Shown: positions 48,801-62,418 of the stretch, piece by piece
Numbering within the stretch: position 1 is the stretch's first letter
How the letters are laid out: the number at the start of each line of letters is the position of its first letter
Assembly: GCA_964106915.2 (NCBI GenBank)
Contig: OZ066914.1
Length of the DNA: 64,000 bases
Strand: one strand, 5' to 3'
Origin: Podarcis gaigeae
Taxonomy: Eukaryota
Position numbers and translations under genes: made by a program
Notes under the pieces: model-generated
Databases searched by the model: none
The model's input: only the letters and a program-made list of their open reading frames with translations
What the model was told of the DNA's origin: nothing

Positions 48801-51800
48801 GGTCACCAACTTAGTTGCCTTTAAACGGAAATAAGACGAATACAGTACAGTGGTACCTCGGGTTACATACGCTTCAGGTTACAGACTCCACTAACCCAGA
48901 AATAGTGCTTCAGGTTAAGAACTTTGCTTCAGGATGAGAACAGAAATTGTGCTCTGGCGGCGCAGTGGCAGCAGGAGGCCCCATTAGCTAAAGTGGTGCT
49001 TCAGGTTAAGAACAGACCTTTAGAACGAATTAAGTACTTAACCCGAGGTACCACTGTACATGGAGGATGTGGCTATAGCTCTTCGTCACGATTGCCACAT
49101 GCATTGTATGCCGTATGCCTCTGAACACCAGTTACTGAGGAATAGTATTGGGAGAGGCCGTTGTGTTGTCCTTGTGAGCTTAACCAGGACAAAGGTCATT
49201 GTGATTTTGCCTGCTTTTTCCTACCTCCTTGTGGGCTTCCCAGAAGCATCTGGTTGGTCACTGTGGAAACGGGATGTTGGAGGCCTTTGGTCTGATCCAG
49301 CAGGAATCCACTTGCCTTTCTATGAGAATCAGTTAAACTACAACAAAGACTGAGATGGATTGCTTTGAAAAGTATCAGCAGTCACTGGGTTGGTGCAGAG
49401 GAGAAAGGTGTGTTGGTCAACCTTTCTTGTGAAATAGCATCACCCAAGGGCCACTGAGCCACTTCTGCTTGCAGATAACAAGGTGTTATTATGAGTCAAG
49501 GCAAAGGCCACAAGCCTGTCTCATGGTTTTCATGTTCTCATAAGTCATAGTCTTTTTGTTATTTTCTCTTGTGGCTGTAATGTGCTTCAGAGTTGGCAAA
49601 TCCAAAAATAAAAATGGTGAGCCAAGACACAAGCAACTATTTAGGGCAATGAAGGAGGTGGAAGGTCTTGGTAGATGCCTAGGCACCCTTTGATGTGTGA
49701 TCTTTGCTCTCTCACCATTTCTAGGTCAGGACGGGCACCAGGGCCCATTGACATGTGTGGCCAGCAATAAGGATGGCAGCCTAGTCCTGACAGGCTCTGT
49801 TGACTGCCATGCCAAGCTAGTGAGCTCTGCAACTGGCAAGGTGGGTGCCTTCTTCCCCTCCATTCTGGAATGAATATACATGGGAACTTCCTTAGCCCAC
49901 AGGTGTGAGTGTGAAAAACTGTGTTTGTTGCAGCACAATCTTGTATTGCCCATTTGGATAGAAGTTGCATTTTTACTCCACCCTTCTTCCAAGGAGCTCA
50001 GGAGTTCTGTCCTCTTCCTTCTTTCACCGTCACAACAACCCTGCGAAGTAGGTTGGGTGGAAAGTGACCTGGGTCTCCCTCTCCTAGTCCAGATTTTACA
50101 TCAGGGTGGATAAAAATAATTGATTTTTAAAAATTTTGTATTGTTTTGCTTTCCCTTAAAAGTCCCCCCCAAAATGGAACCCCAACAGAATAGGTATAAA
50201 ATGGGGTATTTCCCACCTCTAAAAAAAGGTTAACAACTTTTACCTGAACCCCTAAGAAGGGGGGTAGATCACTGTCAGATTTTAATTCTGAAAGTAGATC
50301 GCAGTCCCTTGGGAGCTGGCCACCCCTCATTATCTTATCATTGGCTGTTTCTTTCCTGCAGGTTGTGTCTGTTTTCAAGGAAGAGGCCATTGTCCCCAAG
50401 TCTTCTGCTGAGGAGGCTGAATCCAACTCAGTTGAATCTCTGGGCTTCTGCAATGTGTGAGTATTGCCTTCTGGGTTGTGGGAACTGCCCGGAACTGATT
50501 GCTGAAATAAGTGAAACGTTTCCATCAGGAACGGGGAACCTGCAGCCCTGCTGGATTTTGTTCCCACAAGTCCTGGCCAGTGGTCAGGAGTGATAAGTGT
50601 TGTAGTCCAACAATGTCTTGAGGACCACAAGTTCCCATCCCTGGTTTGCATGAACAGAATAGAAGGGGACAACTGCCTGCAACATAATGTAGAGCAGCCT
50701 TTGCTAACTCAGTGCCCTACAGATGTTATGGACTATTATAATCAGCCCAACCACTATGATAGTGCTTGTTGAGGCTTATGGGAGTTGCAGTTCAAAGTAC
50801 CTGGAGGGCACCAGGTTGCCAAAGTCTGATCTAGTATAAGATCAATATGGGCTAGATACCACTGCATCATGAAATCTTAATTGTTTATTTTACATGGCAT
50901 TTTCTTCACCCACCCTTCGAATGCATACGCATCCTTTGGGACTGCTTACAACAATTAAACAGCAATATAATGAAACCACTATACAGTGGTACCTCAGGTT
51001 AAGTACTTAATTCGTTCCGGAGGTCTGTTCTTAACCTGAAACTGTTCTTAACCTGAAGCACCACTTTAGCTAATGGGGCCTCCTGCTGCCGCCGCACCAC
51101 CGGAGCACGATTTCTGTTCTCATCCTAAAGCAAAGTTCTTAACCCGAGGTACTATTTCTGGGTTAGCAGAGTCTGTAACCTGAAGCGTCTGTAACCTGAA
51201 GCATATGTAACCCGAGGTACCACTGTATCAAGTAAAATTACATTGGAGAAGAGGCAGACTATTTTGAAAACAAACTTCAGATGGAAGCATCTTCCCAAGA
51301 AGGCAAAGGCCTGCCCACGGTAGTTGGGATGGTTGAGTCTTTGAAAGCCTACTGGCTTCTGAGATTTCACCAGGCATTGCCCTCATGCTTTCAAGGCTAT
51401 CCTCTGCCAGAAGGACTGAAAAAAATAAGAGAATATTTGTGAGCATTTCTGCCAAAGTCAAGTGCTATTTTGTGGAACCCATTTAAGGAGAAAGCTGTCA
51501 CCAAATTTCAAGAAGACTGCCTTCACAGGCAGCTCCTGCATTGCTCCTTTTCTGAAGGAACAAGAGCCAGCCTGGTGACTCCTGAATGACTGTCCTTCCC
51601 GCAGGGAGGTTTGGACTATTTATTAAAGCACACTGCCTACTTTTCCACAAAAAGTTGCACCCAGAAGCCTCCCATTAAAAAAAAGCTCCTTTTTCTCCGG
51701 CTTTGTTGTCATGCAGGATGCCGCTGGCTGCTGTTGGCTACTTGGACGGGACCTTGGCCATTTATGACGTCGCCACGCAGACCCTGAGACACAACTGCCA

Positions 51801-53541
51801 GCATGAGGTAGTGGAGAAGACCCTTCTGGGAATTGCTGGGGGCTTTGGGAAGAGCTGCTGTTGGCAGGAGGAAGCAGTTCAATCCAGGAGGAATGCAGCA
51901 ATAGCCAAGGGCAGCTGTTCACAGATGTCCTGGGTCCTGGCCTCTGCCTTGCAGCCCTGCTGCTGACAGGAGCTTCAGACAGGTCTCTAGTGCCTCGGAT
52001 GGAAGTGACCCTGCACATGATGTTGTGACCACAACTCCCATCGTCCCCAGGCAGCATCACCAGTGGTCAGGGATGATGGGTGTTGGAGTCCAACAACATC
52101 TTGAGGGCCACAGGCTCCCTTTCTTTGCTGCAGCAGGAAACTTTCCTGAGCTAAATCCCCTACATGCAAATAGCACCCAAAAACCCTATTATGGGCGAGC
52201 ACATAATGGAGGGAAGGGTCATATTTTCTAAGCTCTCCTTTAATTCATTCTCTTTTCCTGGGTGAGCGGTCTTCTTTCCCGGGAAGCTTACTGTGCTGTG
52301 ACAGGTTGATTGCAACATGCACTGAGTTTGTAGTCCAGGATTGGCGTCCAACCACCTCTGATTTAGGTAGTCAGTAGAGTTTGTTTCATTAAACATTTCA
52401 GGGTAGGAAGACCTTAGGTGGGCGAAGGATTCTTCTTCTTCTTCTTCTTCTTCTTCATATACTGCCCTATACCTGGAGGTCTCAGGGTGGTTCACAGAAC
52501 AAAATCAAAATACAAAACCACCAAATACATAATCGAAATAAAAACAACAACCTAGTAACACCCCTCCCCAAGAAAACCCCACATTTTAAAAGGGCATAGG
52601 ATGTCAATCAAATCAACAAAAGGCCTGGTTAAAAATGCTAAGTGGGTGGGAATGCTGGTGACTAATAGCACCCTTTCCTTCTGTATTTTCAGTCGGGGAT
52701 TGTGCAGCTCCTGTGGGAAGAGAGTTCCCCTGTGGTCTACACCTGCACCCTGGGTGGGGCCGTGTGCCTCTGGGACGCCCGCTCAGGCAAGCTGATCAGC
52801 GAGTACCGGGGCCACTCAGCGGAAATCCTGGACTTTGCTTTGAACAAGTGAGTTCCTGGAGCAAGAGCCCTTGGGGAGGTGCTGGGTGCTGTGTGGAGGG
52901 GTGCAGAGGGAAGCACAGAAAGCAAGCATTGGAAGGCAAGGATATACGGAACAGTATACATTAAGCTATGGCTTGTTTTTGTGTGGGTGTGAGTAGGGTT
53001 CCTGGGGAAGGGAATACATCTTGTCTTCTTAAGGCTCTTTTCCTCCCAGCTCCCTTCAGAGTTGTCCTTTTCATTTGGAGGGAGGGCTCCACTGGTGGTT
53101 TTTGCAGAGAGCGGTGCACGTACACTAAAATGGAAATATGTGGTTTGGCACAGAGAAGAATGGACTTGGAAAAAGGGTTCATCCCTAGGTAACCTTGGGC
53201 ACTTTGGCTTTCCCTGCCTTCCTTTGTTATATGTAAAATGGGACTTGCTGATATCTGCCCCACCCGGGAGTTGTGAAGGCAAGTGAAATAGCTATTCTGG
53301 TTGGTTTTTGTTTGCTTGCTGGGGATTAAGCCTCACTGAGGTGAACAGGACTTGCTCCTGAGTAAAACTAGTGTAGGTTTGGGCCGTTGAAACTTGCACT
53401 GACATTGATTAGTAATCATTGTTAGGGGTAAACCTTTTTCTCTTCTTGTCACCTCTTTCTTGCAGAGACGCTTCCATTGTGGTTACCACTTCTGGCGACC
53501 ACCAGGCCAAGGTCTTTTGTGTGCAGCGCCCTGACCGCTAA
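42801..53541 (+). CDS. AAMP: Angio-associated migratory cell protein (WD40 repeat), 425 aa, 11 exons
   Basis: Exons 42801-42930, 44555-44680, 45406-45525, 46417-46556, 47352-47496, 48429-48512, 49725-49840, 50362-50456, 51717-51807, 52693-52847, 53466-53541 (1278 nt, GT-AG, phases consistent). Acidic N-terminus, then [64 protein letters not shown], and C-terminal [11 protein letters not shown]. Confidence 0.96.
48848..49056. mobile_element. Tc1/mariner-type MITE (family A), inverted relative to the other two copies
   Basis: CAGTGGTACCTC TIRs with TA TSD; the interior is the reverse complement of 50984-51225. Confidence 0.85.
50984..51225. mobile_element. Tc1/mariner-type MITE (family A)
   Basis: CAGTGGTACCTC...GAGGTACCACTG TIRs, with TA TSD at 50982-50983 and 51226-51227. 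Confidence 0.85.
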
Positions 53542-54264
53542 CAGGGCTCCTCTCGAGCAGTGATTGGCACTGTGAAGAAGCAGCCCCGTGTGGATGCAAG
53601 TGGCCACACCAGTGGGACTGTGGTGGGGTGGGCAGGGTGGTTATCATCCCGCCTAAGAGGGCATCTAATGTTTCTGGGAAGGGAAAGCTTTGCCACCCTA
53701 TCCCCCGACTGTCCGAGGGCTAATATTTTGGAGTTTTGGATGAGAAGCTTTTAATTATTCACCCTGCCTAGTACTCTGAAGAGCTACCAAGGTGTGCAAA
53801 CACACTGTGTCTGGTCTGGGGGATAGATCATCTGCATGACTGTGGTGGGAGAGGTGTGCCATGCCTTTTTCTGCATTTTTTTCTGGTATGGCCCCCCCTT
53901 GTATAACTTGCAAAGGAGTGTGCAAAAACTCTGGTAATCAAAGGTATTGGCTTCCATCCGTTTCTGCATAAGCTGGGACAGGTGGATGGCTTCGCAACCT
54001 CTGAAATGACAAGGAAGTATGTCCTCCCACCTCCCCTGTTTGAAACCTTTGCCCTTGGTTTGGGTGAGCAAATCGTGTGGCTTGGCAGGGAGGGATCGGC
54101 TTTAGCCAGAGTTCTGACGCTCACACATTGTCTTGGAAACATCATCTTATGGTTGGTTGAATAGATCAGCCTGGGAGTTGGGCAGTGGATCTCTCCAGCA
54201 ACAAATACACAATTTGTTTGAACGATCCCTCTGGCCTCTTCTATATCAGATGACATCGTGATGC

Positions 54265-54270
54265 AATAAA
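54265..54270 (+). terminator. Candidate AAMP polyadenylation signal
   Basis: AATAAA about 720 nt after the stop codon; further AATAAA hexamers occur near 54391-54403. Confidence 0.55.
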
Positions 54271-57200
54271 AAAGAACAAATGAAAAAGAAAGGCTATCAT
54301 TTTCCCAAGGACTTCGTTTGGGGACCTATTTGTCCCTGGTCAAACAGTGAGTCGGTTGACTGTTGTCTACTCCCAAACCAATGGTCATTAAATAAAAATA
54401 AAATGTGTGCTTATGTTCCTGAAAAACTGGAAAGAGGGAATGAATGAACACATGGAAGCATCCCTTGCTCCTCCACCAGCCAGTTCCCTGGTCTCAGCAA
54501 AGAGAGCTGAGTTGGGGGTTCTGTTGGGAAGTGCCCAGTGGTTCCTAGGCTTACTCTGTAACCTCTACTGCATAACAGATCTGACCCCAGTATCAGCCAG
54601 ATGTGTGCAAATAGAGCACAACTATTCTAGACATCTTATTATTTGAGGTATTGTATGCTGTGATGACTTTGGTAGGAGTTGGGGCTCCCTCTCTCCCAGA
54701 GCTAGCGCAGTGTCAGAAGAGGGGGAGGGTGGGGAAGAAGAATGCTCCATCGCACTCTGTGTTTTTGCCAGCTAGTCATTGAAAGTGCTGCCCTGCGCTG
54801 AGGGAGGCGGGAACAGAAAATGAGAGAGGGGATGCGGTGTCTCTTATGAGAAACGGTAGCAGGAGGAAGTTCATGGGGTGCAGTTTTCGCTGCCTGTGGT
54901 AACTACCTGCCCCACAGCCACTAACAGCTCAAGAGGCTTCTTTGAAGGCAGTCTTCGCCAATCATGAATTGTGTGTGTATTGTTGCCATAAAAGTCTTGT
55001 TCAGAGGACCTGCTGGAGGGTCCTATGTAGAAGGTGAACATAGAAAGCTATCTTATACTCCAGCAGACTGTTGACTGATCTAGCTTTGAATTGTCTCTGT
55101 AGCTACTGACTAAATAAAGTGCGACTGGAGCTGGAAAGACATGCTAGTATTTTAAACAAAATGCCAAGTATCTATTTAGGATATCCTGGGACAGATGGAT
55201 TAGCCTGTCCCACCAGTAGAAGGCAATTGGTTTCTAATTTGAGTACTATTGAGGTGTCTCTTGTGTTTAGAAGTGGACTGGGAAATAGGTGTGAAATCCT
55301 CTTGCGCCTTTGCGCTTGTGAAACTGCTTTTGAACCATCAGGCACATCTGACAACTTAAGAAAAGGAGATGTAGTTTTTTGTCGTTTCTCACTGCAGTCC
55401 CAGAGGCCCCCCTGTTACAGTGGTGGTGGTGGGGACCCTCCAAAATGGTTTGCCGGGGTGGAGGGGTTGGCTGCAGGAGAAGAGGGGGGAAATGGATTCT
55501 CCTTTACTTCAGTGGATGTCTTCACCGAATTAAAAGCTAATCTGTGAGCAGAATGGTGGCATGGTTGGATTTCCAAGCATGTGATCTCCAGCAAGGAATC
55601 CTGGGAACTGTTGTTTGTTAAGGGTGCTGGATATGGTAGCTCTGTGAGGAGGAAACTCTAATTACCAGGATTGTTTGGGGGAAGTTGTATACTTCAGATG
55701 TCCGTTGAATATTCTTTAAAATGTGTAGTGTGGATCTGCCCTGTGTATGTATGTACAGGTGGTGGTGGGAATTCAACAGTCAACTATTGAAAAAAGTATA
55801 GAAAATGACTTTTTGTAATTGGGTTGCATCACCCACCGTGGTTCTTTTCTTTTTTGAGGCATGCATGTTTTAGCACTGCTGCTTAGAACGGTCGTGAAGA
55901 GGGCAAAGCCTGTTGCATAGGCAACCACCCAACAACGCTTCTTTTCTTTCCATGCAAATATGTTTTGTGTGTATGGCAATGCCTTTAGTCCGGATTGGTT
56001 TGTCTGGCAAATTTTGAAATTTGCTTGTTCACAAAGCAAGGTTCATTTTGTTTACCAAATCCTCAGAAACCTTTGTTCCCCCAGCAGTCAAGCTAGCATC
56101 ATTTGCTTTTGTGTAATGTCTGCGTTTCCATGGAGCAACGTCCTGTACTAGGATTAAACATGAAGAGCCACACCATTGCTCTGAACGTTTTCTTAAAAGT
56201 TCAAGCCAGCAATGAACCCATCCACACAGTGACTGCCGTTCTGCACCTCCTGGTCTGAGGAATGCAGACCATGAGCTCCCAATATTCTTGACTTAAATCA
56301 GCCTCGTCAACAAGCCCACAAAAGTTGCAGAAATGTTTATTAGCCAGCTGGGGCTGTCAGAAAAGAGGCCCCTGTTCCCATTGCAGCTGGTCCAGTGCAT
56401 GGCAGAGGGGGGCGGGCTTCCCTCTGCTGGCACCCTACTTGGTTTCTAACATGATCTGAGGAAGGAAGATGTTCTCTGTCCTCCCCACCCCCCTCCAGTA
56501 GTAGGGATTGCTGAATTTTTCAACTTTCAAATTCCAAAAGTGAGGAATTTGCTAAAAAGTTGCAACGTAACTTGGGAATTCCAAAGATATTTTGGTTAAA
56601 TTAATATAATTTAGTTTTGCTTAATACGTAAAATGTGTAAAATTGCATAGAAATCATTAGAAATGATTGCCAAGTACTTGTAAGTTTTATATAAATATTA
56701 CTGTTGTTATTATTTAGCATTACCTGACATTTTCAAAAGGTAAAATTAAAATCCTTTGCTTTTCTGAGAGCAGTTTATGTGCTTTTTAATCAAATGTAGA
56801 TTTACCAAGCTAAATATTGTCCAATGAAAAATAATAATAGCAGATTTGAATTCCTCACGCCCCAAAATGTATTTTCAAGAACTCTGAAGAAATTTGCAAA
56901 AATTAAATTCCACTCCATAAAATGACATGCTCTACTCCACCAGCACTCCTTCTCTGAGCATCTTTCTGTCACCAGGGGTCCACCATTGAGAGTATGCCTA
57001 TTATCGTATGGAAGAAATACTTACATGGAAGTATATTTTGTTCCTAATGAAGAATGGAACATCCAGTTCTGTTACTTTTTACTGATGATACTGAGTATTT
57101 CTGTCTTTCCAATATGATGGCCTCCAATTGGGAGTTATTGGGTTCCCAGTTAAATTGTTGGGCTCCCACCCAACTCCTATCAGCTCCAGCCAGTAGTCAA

Positions 57201-59899
57201 GAATGATGGGAGTTCTAGTTCAACGTCTGCAGGGCTACATGTTAGGCTCCTCTGGAATATGTAATGTCTGAGTCTGTCTTAAAATAAACTGCTTGGTTTT
57301 GTTTCCCAGTATATGAATATCATGCAATAATATTTGTTTCTGGGAATGTAAGCCGCAGATTTTCTTCCTAGATATGTAAACAGCGATTCTCATGGGAAAA
57401 TGTTGGCCTTTATCTAGCACTCCAGAACTGAGATGAACTTAGATAGTTACAAAATGACGTTGGAGGGCCAGTGCGACCTTATCTAGTTCATACCCCAATC
57501 CCTCAAGGTCCAGATGGTGGTGTGGGGTCTGAGAGAGGCAAGCAAAATGATTTAACCAGAGGCTTATTTCTGAGCAGACATGGTTAGGATTGCACTGTTG
57601 TTCAGAGATGCTAGCAAGACCACATCAAAGTTAGTAAAATGGTTGAATCCAGAGGATTCCTGAACTAGCAGGCTGCCTTTCTGTAATGAAATTAGTCAAA
57701 GGTAAATGAAGACTCCTCCTACCTCAGCTTTCAGTGGCAGCAATGTGGAAAAACCAGAGTGCACACAATGTGTGTGCTAGAAAGGGGTTTCTGTTCCACG
57801 GAACCACAAGTTCAGAGAAATACATGTAAAGCTTAAATTACCAGAGGTCTCCGAAAAGAGCATTTTGTGGAAGCTAGCAAATATTGTATGTTGGTTAAGT
57901 TATTAACAGCAACTCTTACAAGTGGTTGTCAAGTTCAGTGGTCAACGCTGCGCCCCAAAATCACTGTGTGTGTGTGCACCTGTCAAATATAACATGGGTA
58001 AGGTAAAGTGACAAGATGGGGCAACCACCATCTGCAGACTCGAAGGAGGGATTGTTTTGCTTTTAGTGGACCTTCTGGATAGTGATCATAGGAAGTTCTT
58101 TCATACTAGATCAGCCTGTTTGTCCTTCAGGATTAACATTGCTTGCTCCAATAGGCAGCAACTCCATGGCTCTACTAGGCAGGGGTAGAAGCTGGGCCTT
58201 CTGAATATGAAGCATGTGCTGTACCACTGAGCAGTGGCCTCTCCCCTCCTCTTTCCTAGGCATGGGAAAATGTAGCTTTTTGCTTTGACCTGCTTTGGAT
58301 GCTCTCTGCTTAAACGGTTGTATTTTGAAGCTTGGCTTGCTTAGCTTGTGCATGGTATAATATGCTATGGCCTCTGTGGAAGTGTTCTGACAATTTACCC
58401 ACCTTTTCATCATTAAGTTGTTCCAAGATTCCTATCCAGTTTAATATTAAGGAAATGGGAAGTACCATAAGGGACACATAGGCAGGATCTCTGAATGGTG
58501 GCAATTAATACTGATAAAGCTCAGTTTTGCCTCCCTTTCCAAGCTTCCTGAATCTTGGGGGTAGCGCTGCAGTTTAAAGTGGGGCTGAGAAACCTGTGAC
58601 CGTTCATATGTTGTTAGACTCAAAACTCCCATCAGCCACAGCCATCATGGCTGATGGCCAGGGACAAAAGGAGCTGGAGTCTAGCAACATCTGGAGGAGG
58701 CTGCTGGCTCCCCATCCTTAATTTAAAATACAGGGGAGGTAAGAGACTTTTCTCCTGTTGCAAATGAGAGATCAGAGTATTATAGAGTGAGGACTGTGGG
58801 GGCGGCAGCAGAGATGAGTGGCAGGCCTCTGCTGTGCTGCCCTTTCTCTGATCTCTTCCAGGAAGAGCTGCTGCTGCTGCTGCTGCTAGCACAGCATCAG
58901 ATATTATAATAAACACAGGGTAGGGGCTGTTCTTTTTCAAGCATTCCAGCCCTCTCTACATCCTCAGATCACAGAGTCATCAGGGAAGAGAAGCATCCAG
59001 CAGACCAGCTCTTCTGACTGCTCGCACTTGAAACTTAGCAGAACTTATTTGGTATTAAGTCAACGAAAAGCAGAGCTCTGACCTGGGCTGGGTAGAGCAG
59101 GGATGAATTCCTCGTGCTGCCATTTATCCTATGAGAAAACAGCAAGAGTTCCTGGAAGCGCCCGGGCTGCTGTGTCAAACTGCAGAGAAGGCAGCGCTTG
59201 CAAGCCTTCTGCCCGTACTGTCTTTTCTCATTTAATACAGATGACAGTTGCTCCTGGCATGCTGCAGGGAGCCGCAGTTTATCACAGCGTGATCAGGCAA
59301 AGCTGTTGCAACTTCAATTTACACATATCTGCAGTTGCTGTAGCTTGCATTACATCTGCTTGACCGGCTGCCCTTTTCGTGTTGCAGCCTCCAGTCCCTT
59401 CTGATTGAAATCCCAGGCTGATGGATGAGCTGCTGTGTTTCAGTGGCACAAGCGTGTCCTTGGAGCGTTTCAGGAAGCTGTGAGAGATTAACTTGAACAT
59501 TTTGCATCACAGGGTGTGACTGCTGCCCCTTTCCTGGGGGCAGTGTGCTTCCTAATGGAATATTTACGAGCTCTCATCCATCACCTTGCGGAGAGCAGGG
59601 GATGATCATGAGCCATCAAACCCCATCTGTGAGGGTGGAATGGCTAGCTAATCCTCTTTCGAGCAAACACAGTGGCAGATGCTGCTATCGATACAGCCCA
59701 CTTGGCGGTCAGCAAACATTGGTAGGGGGAACTCCCTGGGATGTGGTGAGAGAAGAGGCACCACCGGACTCTATTTGTTCTGTCAGCGTGGGCGAAACAC
59801 CCAGGTTGGTGCCCAAGTAGGATAGTATCATGGTGGGTGATCTAATTATATATACAGATTTACCAGGTTTCACTGGTATGCCAACTGCAACCGTTCCTG

Positions 59900-60380
59900 G
59901 ATAGGGATAGGTTGGCCATGGTGACCTGTGCACTGACAGCCTCAAGAATGGATTACGGTAATGTACTCTATTTGGGGCAGCTCCTAGACCTGGTTTGGAA
60001 GCTGCAACTGGTGCAGAAAGCGGCCCCTGAAGTGCCCCGGCCCAGTATACCTGAAGGAGCGTCTCCACCCCCATCGTTCAGCCCAGACACTGAGGTCCAG
60101 CTCCAAGGGCCTTCTGCTGGTTTCCTCACAGAGAGATGTGAGGTTACAGGGAACCTTCTCGGTGGTGGCGCCTGCCCTGTGGAACATCCTCCCATCAGAT
60201 GTCAAGGAAATAAACAACTGTCTGACTTTTAGAAGACATCTGAAGGCAGCCTTGTTTAGGGAAGTTTTTAATGTTTGAAGTTTTATTCTGTTTTTAATCT
60301 GTTGGGAGCCACTCAGAGTAGCTAAGGAAACCCAGCCGGATGGATGGGGTATGAATAATAAATTATCATCATCATCATCC
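59900..60380 (+). mobile_element. L2-clade LINE 3' fragment with internal deletion
   Basis: Aligns by eye to 1-543 (ATACCTGAAGGAGCGTCTCCACCCCCATCGTTCAGCCCAGACACTGAG is shared). The LHWLP-coding segment is missing; the copy ends in an (ATC)n tail. Confidence 0.75.
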
Positions 60381-61704
60381 CTATTTTCCAAGGACAGTCC
60401 TGGATTTACAGAAGTCATCCTGGTTTCTGATTTGATCCTGGAATTTCCCACATTTCCTTAGGACATCCCTATTTTCATTGGATAGATGTGGGAGGATATG
60501 AGAATACCGTGGTTAGGTTACTGACTGAAGCTTCTTGCTGCATGCATGTAACACCCCTCTTGAAGTAACCACACTTGCTGCCAATCTGGTCCCAAGTCAA
60601 TTTTCCTCTGTTGACATATAAAGCTACAACCAACTTGGGAGCTGGTAACTTGGGGAAAAATGCTTCTTTTAAATAAACCTGCCCATTCAATTGAATCTTC
60701 AAAGGAGGACTTTCTGGCTGGGCCATTAAGTGCATTAATCCACCTTGTGATAACCCAGCATAGTGCCTTGGCTGTGGTGGTGCCTGCTTTGTGGAAAAGC
60801 CTCCTCTCTGAAATATGGCAAGCACCTACAGTAATGTCATTTTGCCATCTGTTAAAAACACATCTATTCAACCAGGCAACCAGCTATTTCTTCCTACTGT
60901 ATTTGTATACTGCATCTTACTTTGATGTAATTTTATCAAAAGGTTTTATATTAATACTGTACACTGCCTTGGAATTTTGTTTTAAATGAAGTGCATTATA
61001 AAAATATTTTAAAATAGCATAAATGCAGTTTAATCAGCCATCTTTAATGTGGTAACCCATATTCAAAAACATATAAAGTAAATTATGGCAAGTCAGTAGA
61101 AAAATCCCAAAGGTATAACCCAGTGGTTCCCAGCCTTTATGACTATGAGGACCCCCATTTAACCTCAAAAAATACCCCCCACGTGCTAATTGCTGTATTT
61201 TTAGGCTGTGTTAATTGAGAAAACACAATAACAAAAAACTATTTTGAACTCAGTAAGGCTTTGCAATGAAGTGTTAAAAAACCTTAATTTTCATTAATTG
61301 CAACTGTCATCATCATCATTATTAAAGCATCCTAATGAAGAACTGAATATAGTTCTCCAGGTGTGGTGCAGTTTGAAAGCTAGTGCTTATACTATCTTCA
61401 TAAATGTGGCTACCTGTGAGACAGAAATATTTGCTGCATTATTCTCCAAGTGGTACAACAGACCCACCTCTTTCTCCTCTGCCAATGGGCAGGATGGGGT
61501 GGAGAGCAGCTATCTCACAAGGGGTACAGACCAAATACAGATACTGTAAGGAAACTACAAACACTCTTGAGGGAACAAGCCAATCTATCTGATATTAGGG
61601 TGGCAGATTTGATGAATGACCAACCAACACAAAAACGATTATTATTCATGGGAAATTCCCAGTCCAGTCAGAGAATCCAAACAGGGATAGAAAAATAACT
61701 TTCT

Positions 61705-62266
61705 CATACTATTTGGTACCATTGGTCCATACTTACTCCTGACAGGTCTCTCCAGTGTCTGGCTATGATGCTTCTGGCTGCTGAAAGTAAGTGGGTTATG
61801 AGTTCTTTGTGGTGTAAGTGGGCATTATTGTCTTGGAAGGTGTTTAGTAAGGCCAATTCTGGGGTGGTTTCTAATACTTGCTTGGTTATTTTACTTATTT
61901 CTCGTATGGTTGTCCCACCCATCCCACTCACACATGAAAACAAAGACCACCACAGCCAACCAAAAATGAATAACCACACCCTAGGCCAACCCCAACCTCT
62001 CTCACCACCAAAGGAACACAAGTGAACAGCAAAGAACCTGCACAAGCGACGCTGATGCCAAACCCTACATATGGTAAGTAAAATAGAAACATCGCTACCC
62101 CATCTCACCCCCACCCATCTCCCCCCTCCACCTCTTTCCCCCTTTTCTTCCTAATGTCTCAACAAATGAAATTGATTTGTAAAAATGTTACATGGAAAAA
62201 AAATACGAGAGAGAGACATTGCACACACTTTTGTAAATCAAGAAAATATTTAATAAAGAAGAAGAA
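61705..62266. mobile_element. L1 LINE 3' insertion with inverted 5' segment
   Basis: 61705 to about 61910 encodes an L1 ORF2-like C-terminus on the minus strand (ITHLLSAARSIIARHWRD...QWYQIV). About 61911-62266 is a plus-strand 3' UTR with AATAAA and an A-rich tail. TSD AAAA(A/G)TAACTTTCT on both sides. Confidence 0.7.
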
Positions 62267-62418
62267 AAAAAGTAACTTTCTTTCCTTTAGGCAACAGGAG
62301 CACAGGGTGACTTACTGATTATGACCAGGGCCCATTTCCAAGATCTGTCTACATATACAATCTTACTCAGAGTGTGGTTTTGCTTGCTTCTAGTGACAAT
62401 TTGCTACCTCCGAAGGTA

